NCBI GenBank assembly: GCA_964387355.1
Contig: CAYLWJ010000104.1
Coordinates: 1 to 63,184, forward strand
DNA length: 63,184 bases
DNA from: an uncultured Actinomycetota bacterium
Lineage (GTDB): Bacteria; Actinomycetota; Humimicrobiia; Humimicrobiales; Humimicrobiaceae
Direction: 5' to 3'
Made by a program: the position numbers and the translations under genes. Under the pieces are notes generated by a model. That model saw only the letters and a list, made by a program, of their open reading frames with translations, was not told the origin of the DNA and made no database searches. This document shows, one piece after another, positions 63,137-63,184 of the stretch. The stretch's first letter is position 1. Every line of letters starts with the position of its first letter.

Positions 63137-63184
63137 TTTTTAAATAATGAAATTAGAAAGTATAACGAAATTAAACTCAGATAC

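Noticed and set aside
1-63184. Searched the ORF set for defence systems, toxin-antitoxin pairs, integrases, transposases, phage structural genes and in-frame recoding signals (Sec/TGA)
   Set aside because: No protein in the window shows the corresponding motifs, and all conserved genes are intact in the standard code. The archease-RtcB pair is the ordinary RNA-ligase module without RtcA/RtcR.

Overview
Strongly AT-rich bacterial chromosomal segment with about 56 protein genes and one tRNA-Leu(UAA). I saw no rRNA, CRISPR array, transposase, integrase or phage genes. The gene order glmU-prs-ctc/rplY-pth-mfd, then mazG and a divIC/ftsB-like gene, looks Firmicutes/Terrabacteria-like. The content looks anaerobic (MetF, iron-sulfur flavoprotein, FeoAB, radical SAM, RtcB/archease). 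Layout from left to right:
- 5'-truncated cobS plus a BtuCD-type ABC importer
- DUF6485 gene and ogt
- an 833-aa polytopic membrane protein
- a complete Gram-positive-type Pel exopolysaccharide locus (pelD-E-A(DA)-F-G plus a GH114 hydrolase)
- an orphan radical SAM gene
- a housekeeping block from glmU to ppx, then tRNA-Leu
- an RRM RNA-binding protein, metF and ktrAB
- archease-rtcB
- a five-gene 2-oxoacid module (two homocitrate-synthase-family paralogs, a LeuCD/HacAB-type dehydratase, an Icd-like dehydrogenase)
- dhaKL, a flippase-like membrane protein and rhaA
- feoAB plus a DtxR-family regulator
- a redox/sulfur cluster (ArsR, CoA-disulfide-reductase-rhodanese, DUF1538-unrelated DUF1638, iron-sulfur flavoprotein, TlpA, CcdA)
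- lgt, a DUF1538-DUF1538-PII-like triad, a GAF-PAS-HD-GYP protein and queH

Most of the window is ordinary housekeeping DNA, and I cannot point to a recognisable defence or mobile island. The observations I would look at again:
1. A dispersed 60-80 nt intergenic element present three times; one copy is flanked by a 12-nt direct repeat.
2. The uncharacterised DUF1538x2 + PII-like putative transporter module.
3. The Pel locus, whose PelD is fused to an SDR-like domain.
4. The ambiguous citrate/homocitrate/citramalate module.
5. A roughly 230-nt polypurine repeat tract directly upstream of a flavoprotein gene whose ATG is one base out of frame.
6. An ABC ATPase carrying an extra C-terminal domain.
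7. A pervasive habit of inserting Asn/Lys-rich tandem-repeat-encoded segments into conserved proteins.

All family assignments come from reading motifs by eye. No searches were run.
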